Below, piece by piece: positions 12,901 to 25,200 of a DNA stretch of 64,000 nucleotides. Every line of letters starts with the position of its first letter. Position 1 is the stretch's first letter. This DNA is from Phoronis australis (lineage: Eukaryota; Animalia; Phoronida). The notes under the pieces were generated by a model. The model made no database searches and was not told where the DNA came from. It saw nothing but the letters and a program-made list of their open reading frames with translations. Position numbers and translations under genes: made by a program. The DNA lies in the NCBI GenBank assembly GCA_002633005.1, contig NMRA01000067.1, positions 1,088,951-1,152,950 on the forward strand, given 5' to 3'.

Positions 12901-15505
12901 ATGGTTGTCAAACATTAGAAACTAGAGTAATGTACGTAACAGTGTATACCTCCCACATGGCCTTTATATATTCCCTTTGATCAGCGTACACACCCTCCTC
13001 CCATTCCTGTAGCTCTAGGAGGTAAGCCTCTTGTTCCTTACGTCTCTCCAAGATGTGCTGACGCCGAAGCTCCTTCTCGCGTTCTCGTTCTTCAAGGCGT
13101 AACTGGTTGAGCAACGCGGATGAACTGTGAGGCGCAAGGCTGCGGCCACTGCGTCGACGGTAACCTGAAGTGAGGGGAGCACTACCAGTAATATTTCCAA
13201 GAGACCACAGACTCCATCCATAAAGCAATGGAATATGCCATTTTTCCAGAAACTTACGTGCATGAGATTCCAACATCATTTAAGATGGTAAAGATATTTA
13301 ACTCCCACTTATTAGACTTAACAACACAGTGCTAATAATCACCATCAACCTTCATTACAATAGGGACTCCAACCACTAACTCTGAACTGTGTGGGTCAAA
13401 TACAGGTCAGCTGGTAATACTGGGGAATCATAGTGAAACTCCCATCAGTTAGATGCAACCGGACCAACAGATTTTATAGTAGGAGTCAGGCCAATCCAAC
13501 TTATGTGAAGGCCCAACGGCAGAAATTAGCATAATTGTAGTGGGTAACTTTATCAGAGTTAATTGGGAAGACAACTTAATACATATACGTCCACCATCGG
13601 CGAATTTTACTGCATACCTTTCACGGTGGTTGTCATTTTGTTATATGTGAAACTCATCAGTAAGTTGATTTATAGGCAAAATCCTCGGTACTTACTTAAC
13701 AGTACAAGATTTCTTTTCAGATTGTCATACTATTCTAATTCTTTTACAACAACACAAGCCAAAAACAGCTGCTTATCTAGAAAGTGCAGCTAAACACTGA
13801 GTAAAACTATGTAAACAACATTTACAGTTCAATAAAAATACCTTCTGGTTCTGCTGATGGCTTTCCAGATGTAGCCTCAATGCTGGTTTTTTCTCGCAGT
13901 TCCCTAAAAACAGATTTTCAAACGAACTTACTTTAACGCTCATTAAACTAGTTTGAAAATGAAGCGCAACAACTGTAAGGCAACAGAATACCTCAATTAC
14001 CAAGGGTTATGTTTCTCAAACTATTCATTAAAATACTGATCATGAGGAACCAGACAACATATTCTTCAAATCGCTGATGATCACAAAAATGTTTTTGGTA
14101 TTCACTGAGATTGGCCTAACTTCCACAGTCCGTCAATACTTTAAGTGACTGAGAACACCATATGCTATATTGTATATGCTACAAAAGTCTTGTTTTCTGT
14201 CAAGACACTTCAGCTTGACAACTTGACTGTCTCAAAGTCTTCTGTAATTTCACATAACGCTCAACTCATTTTACTACCAAGATCTCGAGTTTAAGAAAAC
14301 TAATAAGGAACCACGCAATGCACTTTAACACTGCTGACTTTGAAATTATTCCGACCAACTCTTGAAGAAGTAGTTAAATTAACCTTGAAAGCAATGCCAG
14401 TTTTTGTTCTAGAACAATTTCTAGTTTCTGCCCACGCTTTGAAACAACGTGATCTGGACCGTTATAACGATAACAGTTCTCCACCATGAGTCGAATATCC
14501 CCAACAAGCTGTGTGATAGTCTCGTACTCTTCACCAAAAAACTTGTCCTTCACTGAAAAGGAAAAGAAACCAATGTGGCAATTAATGGAAGATCTGCTAC
14601 CAAGGCAAGCACACGTGTGTTCCATCAAATAAGCAAAATTTTGATTCAGCTGATCACTCAGTGTTATAAACTTGGCCTCTCATGGCGACCATGCTTGGCA
14701 CATGACCTCATGTGGTAAGCCAAATTGTAGAGCTTGGTCTGATGGCTCAATGAACTGTCAGTTGTTTTCGAAGCCCGAAAGCACCTCTAATTAGACTACG
14801 GAACGATTCAAGACCAATTTCATCAATGTTAACAGTTTGATCCAAAAGTTGTTTTTTTGTAATGGAAGACATTTAATAGCTACTTTCGATTTTGAAGGAA
14901 AAACACATCATAAGATTAAAAAAACTAACAAAAGAACAAATATCGAATTACCGTACAAAATAATAGAGTTAAATAATTAGGTCATTATGCAAATAAAGGG
15001 AATTCCGAGGGAATGCCCATCTCAACATGCACCAAACTTTTTCGTAAAACATGCGAGAGAATTTGAAAAACATCAGTTTTATTTGCTTGGCACCTGCTCT
15101 ATAGATATTCAATCAATGCTTACTTTTCTTGAGCCACATGGGCTGTTTTATTTTTTCCGTGTAGTCTCCCAGTTCTTCAGTGTCAATGGGGTCCAAAAAT
15201 GGCCAATTCACAGACTTGTTTTGGTCGGACATTATCTCTTTTAGAATTCTGTAACCTTGTTGTAACTCGTAGGTCGGCAGCGGTGGGCTTTTTTGAACAC
15301 GCTTGTTTTCTTCCATGTCGTTGTCGGCAACTTGTGTATCGGGTGAACTTGGATCAGCTGATTGTGGTGTTTCCCCGTTTTCAACCACCGGTTCAACAGT
15401 TGGCAGAGACGAACTGGAGAGTTCAGCTGAATCGACATCGCGCCCTGCAACGTCGACGTTAGTCTCAAATTCGACGATGCTGCTTTGCTCTGTATCATCT
15501 GCCAT
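947..15505 (-). CDS. KIAA2026: KIAA2026/BRD10-like bromodomain-containing protein (spliced, 3' end runs off the window)
   Basis: Exons (minus): 15505-15124, 14552-14384, 13903-13842, 13164-12950, 12582-12422, 11715-11607, 10657-10520, 9695-9504, 8421-8281, 6114-4849, 4368-4213, 3615-3499, 2627-2457, 2237-947. All introns are GT-AG with matching phases. The translation contains YELQQGYRIL..NWPFLDP..RLMVENCYRYNG..GQKLEIVLEQKLALLSRELREKT (bromodomain), MWELPQIGHFL, KGLCD and YLHFPQFCGADLRIYRQ, matching my recollection of vertebrate KIAA2026/BRD10. Donor gtaaga at 946 shows the gene continues. An in-frame upstream ATG at 15520 is possible. Confidence 0.92.
2604..2935. repeat. degenerate ~98-bp tandem repeat (4 copies) straddling a BRD10-like splice acceptor
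   Basis: Motif cttaYggg..ggg..tgatctgagacaat..caag recurs at ~2604, ~2703, ~2802 and ~2898. Confidence 0.7.
3210..3430. mobile_element. MITE with CAGT-type termini (Tc1/mariner-pogo-like), copy 1
   Basis: Imperfect terminal inverted repeats (cagtacaa..cagacaaaat / attttgtctg..ttgtattg). A homologous copy is at 9729-10005. Confidence 0.65.
4584..4790 (+). mobile_element. tRNA-derived SINE (degenerate)
   Basis: Box A TGGCCTAGTGG (4591-4601) and box B GGTTCGAGTCC (4635-4645), followed by a gacccttgagtcagg..cctcag central-domain-like stretch. No intact tRNA acceptor stem. Confidence 0.65.
6780..8230 (-). mobile_element. old Helentron-type (HINE-like) element with ~145-bp tandem monomers
   Basis: Periodic aaattgcca..gggc motifs (~6842, 6992, 7132, 7275, 7407, 7550, 7834, 8036) and a terminal hairpin relic cacgtatacatatgtggtgcataa (~7986-8009). 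Homologous to the copies at 25027 and 55781. Confidence 0.65.
8500..8900 (+). pseudogene. non-LTR retrotransposon 3' relic (C-terminal zinc-finger region)
   Basis: Translation KLYIETGR..NEKICGICNTGQIENEIIFIHHCPV resembles the L-x-IETGR..C-x2-C..E-x-E-x-H-F..CP C-terminus of LINE ORF2 proteins (RTEX/CR1-group-like). The upstream part is frameshifted. Confidence 0.65.
9729..10005. mobile_element. MITE, copy 2 of the 3210-3430 family
   Basis: Collinear similarity to 3210-3430 (caaaatac.gtttt..gtcatga.ggc.aattctgt..; tctga.gatgaattc..; tttgtctgaa..ggcttgtactg), with extra internal sequence. Confidence 0.65.
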
Positions 15506-16260
15506 GTTACCAAATAACATCAAGTTTTACTCCGTCTCCGAATAATCAAAAATAACTAGTTTTCCAAAAAAGTTCAAAAACGTCACGGAACTTCAAAAAA
15601 GGGAATCCCAAACCCATTGTCACATTTTGCAATTAACTCGACAAAAGCAAATGAAATTTCGGCACGAGCTAACAGGCTTCAATTTTTTTTTACGAGCCAG
15701 TTCATTTCAGAATCCAAATCACAACTCAAATGCCGTCTCATTGAAAATAAATACAACACCAAATCCATCTCGTACATTCGTGAAACATCGCACCTGAATA
15801 AAGACGAAACATGACCAATTCACACGCTTGCACCATGCTCGAATTACTGCGCTAAAAGTTATTTTCAATATTTTTACATTATAAGTGAAGAACAAAAACA
15901 CGTTTGTTCGATGCAACACAATAATATATCATATTTATGGCACAAATGTCAATAACCTGGCCAAATGACTTGAAACGGACTCTAAATTGTGGAGTATTTT
16001 GCTTATCGCCTTATCATATGCAAATTAGAGTGACTCGTTTATGTGTGACGTCAGATCATAGAAGCAAAGTATTTTTTTATTTCATTATAACTTGAAATAT
16101 ATTTCATAATTGAAATTTCCATTTCATGTATAAGTTTAGAACAGCTTTTAAATTAATGGGAAAAATTCAGTAGTTTCTGATATTGCTCTCCGTGAGAGGG
16201 CATAATCATCGATTACTTCCGGTTTTGAACTTTGAGAAGTTTTGACAACTTTTGGATGCT
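15506..16260. promoter_or_regulatory. bidirectional promoter between the BRD10-like and TMED genes
   Basis: Only 755 bp separate the divergent ATGs. Contains octamer ATGCAAAT (16018-16025), full CRE TGACGTCA (16046-16053) and ETS motif ACTTCCGG (16215-16222). Confidence 0.65.
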
Positions 16261-19200
16261 ATGGAACGCTTTAAAACAAGCTTCCTTTTATCCATACTTT
16301 CAATAGTTTTGGGTGTTGTGCTATCAGATACTGATCTTACTATAGAAATACCTACAGGAGCTGAAGAATGTCTTTTTCAGCCAACAAAGAAAGCTGGCGT
16401 TTTGGAAGTTGAATATCAAGTGAGTTGTTACTGCTACTAGTCCTAGTACTACTAGTACTAGTGAGACGTTATTTGACCTGTCTCACTGATGCGCTGGCCT
16501 TCTGCCGCGCGCATCCTCTGTCAGCATCAAAAAACGACTGCTGTTTGTCTTGGAGACTGCCGACGTTGGCTGTCCTTGAGGGCGCTACATAAATATTCTG
16601 CCGTCCTAGACTAGGGCCTAGTTGGCCCCAGTTGAGATGTAAGCTTTTCGGCGAATTATGCCTGACGCTGATTAAAACATCAAAGTCACATTGTTATAAA
16701 TGCCTTTTGTGCATAGAGGGACACTTTAGCCAGTTTTAGGAGGCTGTCAATGTCTGTCGTAATAGCTGGGATTACCCGACCTTGGGAATCGAACCAGCGA
16801 CCCCAGTTTAACCGGCTCATATATGATTCACCGGAAGCACGTTTCACAACATTCCCCCCTTTCCTATGAACAAGTACGCCACCTGGCAGGTGAACACAGG
16901 ATTCTACTCCTGGAACATCACAGGGTTTTACTCCTGGACTACGTCACAAGATTTTATTCTTGGATTTTTACCTCATCAGGATAGCCGCCTGACGGATGAA
17001 TCCCAAGATTGTCTCGCATTAAGGTCCTCGACTCCTGGTCTAAGCTCACCATCAAGCATGCTGTCTGAGGTTCGAGGGTCTGTGTAGTGCTTCATCACAA
17101 TATCATCCATTTGCCGACTACGCCAATTGTCGTAATAACCAACATTAGCCAATTTCAGGAATCGCAACCAGTGACCCCGATTTAACCGGCGAGCGTGCTA
17201 ACCATTCAGTTAATAGGCAAATGCCTGTTAGCGTGTGACTAACAAAGGGTCGTATATGATTCACCGGAAGCACTTTTCACAACATGTTTAAATCATTCAA
17301 ATACTCATGTAACCAAACTTTTTCTTCGAGCAGTCCTTTGTTCAGACAGTTGCCTGAATTCTTCCAACTCAATTTGTTCAGTTGCCCAAATCGGCAACTG
17401 GCCATTTTTAACAGACTGCGCGGGCCCCTGGAGTACTTGAAAGAAGAGTAGTCGTAAAATTGTTACAGAAGTATTTGCTCAAGCTGAAAGGATTTGAAGA
17501 CATTTACAACTGATGAAAGTGTTTTTCTATGCTCAAAAGTTACTTATTACAACGTGACTTCGAAAAGTGTACTAAATTGAATTTAATTTGTAATCGAAAT
17601 CACATTCAGAAAAATGTGTGTGGTTGAAAAACCCATCCAATCTGGCCTGCTTTTAGACAGTGACTACCATCTCTAGCTGACTAGAGACGGTGTTGCTTCA
17701 TAAGCCGGAACCTTTTCGGCGAATTATGACTCATAGTGTCTAAAGCATCAAAGTCGCATTGTCATAAATAACTTTTGCTCATAGAGGGACACTTCAGGGG
17801 ATATGACGTCATACCACCTGCCACGCACAGTGTTAAAACTCGCGAGTTTCTGATTTTGAGAACTGAATGACAGAATGCTCGAAGAAAAAGTTTGATAACG
17901 GGAGTTTTTATTCGAGTTGAAAAGCATTAAATACATCGACAGTCTCCTAAGGTGTCCCTCTATGCATAAAATGTATTTATAACAACATGATTTTGACGTT
18001 TTAGTTAGTGTGAGGCATAATTTGAAGTTACTCGACTAAAGAGCTGCGAGGTATTATGAGTTTAAATTTTGTTCGTTTTGTTTGTTTATAATTGTACAGT
18101 TTGGAATTAATGTCATTTTTACGATGTGCAATGTGATTTCAGGTAATTGATGGAGGTGACCTTGACATCAGCTTCACAGTGTCGACACCAAGTGGTGTAG
18201 TTTTATTACAAGAACACCGTCAAAGTGATGGTGTACACAAGTAAGTCTGTAATCTTGTTAAGGCTTGTGTTTGGTGCATGTTTAAATTTGGCTGTTCCAT
18301 TAGTATTGCACGGGTGTCCGAAACAACTCTGTCATTGAAAGGATCTCAAAAAGAAAATGGAGATGAAGAGCCCACATCCCATCCATAGCTTGCTATGTCC
18401 TCTAACAGGCAGTGGGCTTTGTGCAAGGCAGAAATACAGTCGAGTGTCTTATTTCCTTATTTGGAAACTCGCATAAATTGACTTTGATTGGTGTCGCATC
18501 AATACTGAGCACTTACTACGAACTAACGCAGACTGAGATTGTACGTTGCTGGTACTTAGCAGACATCATCGTGGAATTAAAAGTGAAAGAGATTATTGTG
18601 ACGGTGGGACCAAACTGTTCCTCGTTGAGAGGTGACCTGGGTGAGTCTCAGTCACTAAGTTACTCGATGCCATTGACCAATCATGAGTCAGAATAGATCG
18701 GAGCCATCTTGTCTCTGCTCTAGTTCTAGAGTCCTGTCCACATTGTTCAGGTGCATGGGTTTCAACTGTTATAGGCTATCAAATAGCTCAGTTGTACAGT
18801 CAACAAGCATGGGTATAGAAATGCACTAGACCAAGGACACGGACCAGTGAAATTTGGCCTGTGTCTAGTGCAACTTTTGAGCTGACTAGACCGACACTTA
18901 AGTCGCATATTTTGCCGTGCACACATGCTAGATCGAAATGTATCATCCAAGGTGTACGGATGGACCAGCTTCATCTGTGGGCCTTCAGTTGTGACCAGTG
19001 GCATGAAAAAGCGGGACTAGTAGATTACTTTTTTACTGGTCCTAACCAATGAGGTCCAAAAGTATTTGTATACCCCTGAACCACTACTGTTTCTATTGTC
19101 GTCCTCCTGTGACGTGATTCTCCCTTTTACTGCCAAGGTCATCTATGAATAAAATAATAGCAAATCTAATTAATTCCAATAGTTGTTCCTGCCTGAATGG

Positions 19201-22200
19201 AACAAAACCTTATAAGAAAATATGGCCTTACCTGTGGGCAAAATAAATATAATTGAGTCTGAAAATTATGTCAAATCACTGGGTGTAACATTAGATAATT
19301 TATATTGTCTGTCAAATAACATGTTGAGATTTGATGCAGGAATACATCCAGACAAAATTAGTGATTGCTAAGCAAACCGGATGATTATATTGACTTGAAT
19401 TGTATGCATGGTCTATTCACAATTCATTTATCTTGTCAAATTTTTATTTTTTGTCCACTAGTGTGATATTTTTTGAGCAGGATTATTACTGAAAGAAAGT
19501 CATTTACAATGACTTCACTAGCTTGTTTTCTGGAGAGAAAATCTCCCAACACTCGAAGTTGACAGGCTTCGCAAATTTGTGCTGGTCTTAAAAACATGCA
19601 TAGTCTATCATGTGATAAGGGGATGTCCTCTTTTGACTTCAAAGGCACTGGCTTTAATTTACATGCCAAACAATATTGGACTATTAGTAAGTACTGGTAA
19701 GCGACAAGACAGTGATCAGAATAAGTCTAAACCATATGAGTGACCTAACATTTCTGTTGAGTGAGCTCTCACCATGAGTCTGTTTGATGCGAATAGATTC
19801 ATGGATACACTGTTTGAACGTGTTAGGGTCTTTGCCTAGTGTCTTAACTCCAGAAAAGCCAATTTCATGACCAGTTAACATTGAGTGAATAACTAGGATC
19901 ATGAATCATGTCTTAATTACCATTTTCAACTTTCTCTGGAACACAGTCAATTTAATATGATGAAACAGTCTCCCAGAAGACCTCAGGGAGTGTGCTGGTC
20001 TTAAAGTCTTCAAGTCACTTCTGAGGGACTGTACCACCATATACTCTGCTTTTTGGTTTGGTTTCCTTCATTATATGTGTTTTTAAGTATTGAATTATTT
20101 ATTTATTTTGCTCGTTGTTATACAAAATCAATGGCGCTTGTAATGTTTTTAAAACTTTAAATAACTATTGACTTGACTGTATTCTTGACAAAATATTCCT
20201 TATTGCTGTTTGTTAGAGAATTTGCCAAGTCACTTACAAGAATCGTGAATTGATAATATGCATGAGTTTTTTTACTATAAAAAATGCTGCTCGTCTCTTG
20301 ATGATTTAAACATTTTGTACCGTTATCAAAAAAAATGTGTTCATTAAGTAATTCACAATTATCTTAAATATTTTATTTCAGATTCAACATACAAGAACAA
20401 GGGGACTATAAGATCTGTCTCGACAACTCGTATAGCAACTTTTACAATAAAATAGTCTTCCTTGAAGTGTCAACAGATGATGAAGAGGAGAAAAAACCTG
20501 TAAGTAACTCAAGCCAGGCATGCTGTCTGCTCAGCGTGAGGGGACAGTAGCCAAGTTTCCAGATACAATGAGTATTTTGCAATTGTTCTCACTATGCCAC
20601 ACAGCTGTCAGGCATTTCACCTACTAAGTGTATTCTGCTTGTCGTTTTTTATGGTAGAAATCTACTAGACAGGTGCACATGAAGTGTGCTGGTGACTGCA
20701 GAGAGGCTGGACAAGTGTTGTCCTTTGTCCAGGTTATGAGTACTGTTCATCTGTTGTCCAACTCAATTAAAGTTTGTGAAATTTCTTGTGAAACTGTAAA
20801 GGTAAAAATTCAGTAGTTCAGTCATACTTTGGCCAATAGTTCAGCCCAGAGATTTACTGGACACCCTTTTAATCAATGCACGGGAGATCTATATTTCACC
20901 TCCGCCCATCCCATCTATAGTGTTGCAGAATATTTCATCAGTATGTTACCCGAAGTAATGAACTGATTTTGCTGATTTGTGAGTTCACCAAGGGGTCAAA
21001 AGCGTGACCCAAACTTGCATTGTGATTTATGCTTATTCGCTCTTTACAAATAAGCAGGTCAGTGATCTGAGGGGTTGGTGCATCTCCTTTGATTATAATT
21101 TGGTGTTGGTTTAGTTTCACTTCTTGTTAATGTTGACGGTTTTATATTTCCACAGGACGATTCATTATGGGAAACACTAGAAAAAGATGAGCTAGTTGAT
21201 ATGAAAATCGAAGACTTCAGGGTAAGGTGTGAAGATTGTCTGGAATTCTGAAAATTTACCCATAACTATTAGTTAGTGACACAGATAATTTCTATAAATT
21301 ATCCCTAGACTTTCATGCCCTCATAACTGCTTGGTTAAACCTTTTTTTCCCAATTGAGAAATGGGGGTGTGTCTTGAGTCACTTTCATGAAACGTACCCC
21401 TGGAATAACTCAAATTAGCAGCAACTAATCTTCCCATTTTTTGATCACATGTTATTCAGAACACCCAGCTTACTGTCATTAGAAGACCAAAGCAACGGCT
21501 TCCTCTACAAAACTTGTAGCAGAACAATGGACTGCTTCTTGGGACTTTGGCTGTCTTATTATGCGCCCACATATTTATATGTGGACACATGCCGTCATCT
21601 CCGTCTGTCCGCCTGGCATCCGCTGCTCTATCTCCAAAACACCTTGACGTATGTTCAGGAAATTTTGCACATTTGTTCCTTCCATGGACGGGATGGCATG
21701 AGTGAACGTTTGGATGGATCCAGTTACCGGTGTGCCCCCTAGTGGCAATTTTAGTTTTTTACGTTTACCTCTGTATCTTCAAAAGTCCTGAACGGATTTT
21801 CGTAAAATTTGGTATATAGGCACCTATTAGAGAGATGATGCTGTCCTCCCGTTTTTGGATGGATTCAGTTTAGTTTGTGCCATCTAGTGGCCTCTTTTAC
21901 TGTTTTCGATTCTGTTTTTTTGCGTCCACTCCTCTATCAACCAAACCGCTCAAAGAATGATTGTGAAAATTGGTATGTATGTTCTTACTATGAATTGGAC
22001 GGCTGACGATGATTTTTTGANNNNNNNNNNNNNNNNNNNNNNNNNNNNNNNNNNNNNNNNNNNNNNNNNNNNNNNNNNNNNNNNNNNNNNNNNNNNNNNN
22101 NNNNNNNNNNNNNNNNNNNNNNNNNNNNNNNNNNNNNNNNNNNNNNNNNNNNNNNNNNNNNNNNNNNNNNNNNNNNNNNNNNNNNNNNNNNNNNNNNNNN

Positions 22201-25200
22201 NNNNNNNNNNNNNNNNNNNNNNNNNNNNNNNNNNNNNNNNNNNNNNNNNNNNNNNNNNNNNNNNNNNNNNNNNNNNNNNNNNNNNNNNNNNNNNNNNNNN
22301 NNNNNNNNNNNNNNNNNNNNNNNNNNNNNNNNNNNNNNNNNNNNNNNNNNNNNNNNNNNNNNNNNNNNNNNNNNNNNNNNNNNNNNNNNNNNNNNNNNNN
22401 NNNNNNNNNNNNNNNNNNNNNNNNNNNNNNNNNNNNNNNNNNNNNNNNNNNNNNNNNNNNNNNNNNNNNNNNNNNNNNNNNNNNNNNNNNNNNNNNNNNN
22501 NNNNNNNNNNNNNNNNNNNNNNNNNNNNNNNNNNNNNNNNNNNNNNNNNNNNNNNNNNNNNNNNNNNNNNNNNNNNNNNNNNNNNNNNNNNNNNNNNNNN
22601 NNNNNNNNNNNNNNNNNNNNNNNNNNNNNNNNNNNNNNNNNNNNNNNNNNNNNNNNNNNNNNNNNNNNNNNNNNNNNNNNNNNNNNNNNNNNNNNNNNNN
22701 NNNNNNNNNNNNNNNNNNNNNNNNNNNNNNNNNNNNNNNNNNNNNNNNNNNNNNNNNNNNNNNNNNNNNNNNNNNNNNNNNNNNNNNNNNNNNNNNNNNN
22801 NNNNNNNNNNNNNNNNNNNNNNNNNNNNNNNNNNNNNNNNNNNNNNNNNNNNNNNNNNNNNNNNNNNNNNNNNNNNNNNNNNNNNNNNNNNNNNNNNNNN
22901 NNNNNNNNNNNNNNNNNNNNNNNNNNNNNNNNNNCCATAACACCAAGTGAACATCACAATGTCATTAACTGACAATACATCCATAACACCAAGTGAACAT
23001 CACAATGTCATTAACTGACAATACATCCATAACACCAAGTGAACATCACAATGTCATTAACCAACAATACATCCATAACACCAAGTGAACATCACAATGT
23101 CATTAACCAACAATACATCCATAACACCAAGTGAACATCACAATGCGTGATTAGTAAGTACTGGTAAGCGACAAGACAGCGATCAGAATAACTCTAAACC
23201 ATATGAGTGACCTAACATTTCTGTTGAGTGAGCTCTCATCATGAGTCTGTTTGATGCGAATAGATTCATGGATACACTGTTTGAATGTGTTAGGGTCTTT
23301 GCCTAGTGTCTTAACTCCAGAAAAGCCAATTTCATGACCAGTTAACATTGAGTGAATAAATAGGATTAGGATTATGTCTCAATTACCATTTTCAACTTTC
23401 TCTGGAACACAGTCAATTTAATATGATGAAACAGTCTCCCAGCAGACCTCAGGGAGTGTGCTGGTCTTAAAGTCTTCAAGTCACTTCTGAGGGACTGTAC
23501 CACCATATACTCTGCTTTTTGGTTTGGTTTTCTTCATTATATGTGTTTTTAAGTATTGAATTATTTATTTATTTTGCTCTTTGTTATACAAAATCAATGG
23601 CGCATGTAATGTTTTTAAAACTTTAGATAACTATTGATATGACTGGATTCTTGACAAAATATTCTTTATTGTTGTTTGTTAGAGAATTTGCCAAGTCACT
23701 CACAAGAATCTTGAATTGATATTAAGTATGAGTTTTTTTACTATAAAAAGTGCTGCTCGTCTTTTGACGATTTAAACATTGTGTACCGTTATCAAAAAAA
23801 AAATGTGTTCAAGTAATTCACAATTATCTTAAATATTTTACTTCAGATTCAACATACAAGAACAAGGGGACTACAAGATCTGCCTCGACAACTCGTATAG
23901 CAACTTTTACAATAAAATAGTCTTCCTTGAAGTGTCAACGGATGATGAAGAGGAGAAAAAACCTGTAAGTAACTCAAGCCAGGAATGCTGTCTGCTCAGC
24001 GTGAGGGGACAATGACCCAGTTTCCAGATACAATGAGTATTTTGCAATTGTTCCCGCAATGCCACACAGCTGTCGGGCATTTCACCTAAGTGTATTCTGC
24101 TTGTCGTTTTTTATGGTAAAAATCTACTGGACAGGTGCACATGAAGTGCGCTGGTGACTGCAGAGAGGTTGGACAAGTGTTGTCCTTTGTCCAGGTTATG
24201 AGTACTGTTCATCTGTTGTCCAACTCAATTAAAGTTTGTGAAATTTCTTGTGAAACTGTAACGGTAAAAATTCAGTAGTTCAGTCATACTTTGGCCAATA
24301 GTTCAGCTCTGAGATTTACTTGACACCATTTTAGTCAGCTAAATGCACGGGAGATTTATATTTCACCTCTGCCCTTCCCATCTATACTGTTGCAGAATTT
24401 TTCATCAGTATGTTACCCAAAGTAGTGAACTGATTTTGCTGATTTGAGAGTTCACCAAGGGGTCAAAAGCGTGACCTAAACTTGCATTGGGGTTTATGCT
24501 TATTTGCTCTTTACAAATAAGCAGGTCAGTGATCTGAGGGGTTGGTGCATCTCCTCTGATTATAATTTGGTGTTGGTTTAGTTTCACTTCTTGTTAATGT
24601 TGACTGTTTTATATTTCCACAGGACGATTCATTATGGGAAACACTAGAAAAAGATGAGCTAGTTGATATGAAAATCGAAGACTTCAGGGTAAGGTGTAAA
24701 GATTGTCTGGAATTCTGAAAATTTACCCATAACTATTAGTTAGTGACACAGATAATTTCTATAAATTATCCCTAGACTTTCATGCCCTCATAACTGCTTG
24801 GTTAAACCTTTTTTTCCCAATTAAGAAGTGGGGGTGTGTCTTGAGTCACTTTCATGAAACGTACCCCTGGAATAACTCAAATTAGCAGCAACTAATCTTC
24901 CCATTTTTTTATCACATGTTATTCAGAACACCCAGCTTACTGTCATTAGAAGACCAAAGCAACGGCTTCCTCTACAAAACTTGTAGCAGAACAATGGAAC
25001 TTCTTCTTGGGACTTTGGCTGTCTTATTATGCGCCCACATATTTATATGTGGACACATGCCGTCATCTCCGTCTGTCCGCCTGGCATCCGCTGTTCTATC
25101 TCCAAAACACCTTGACGTATGTTCAGGAAATTTTGCACATTTGTTCCTTCCATGGACGGGATGGCATGAGTGAACGTTTGGATGGATCCAGTTACCGGTG

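Larger units (their letters stand above)
19683..22020 (+). repeat. copy 1 of a 2.3-kb near-identical duplication containing TMED exons 3-4
   Basis: Collinear with 23150-25492, differing by scattered substitutions and small indels. Ends at the N gap. Confidence 0.95.

Noticed and set aside
17150-17225. tRNA gene on the minus strand
   Set aside because: Degenerate and embedded in the LTR of the TRIM, so treated as part of that element.
21897-22984. Long ORFs of 316-349 aa in the ORF track (and 86-152 aa ORFs at 55907-56365)
   Set aside because: They are poly-X translations of N gaps.
22935-23145. Possible CRISPR array
   Set aside because: The units are contiguous and near-identical with no unique spacers, in a eukaryotic context with no cas genes. 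It is a minisatellite.
23847-24688. Mutually exclusive exon system generating TMED isoform diversity
   Set aside because: The duplicated exons encode identical peptides, the introns are equally similar and a gap separates the copies. Haplotype duplication is more economical.
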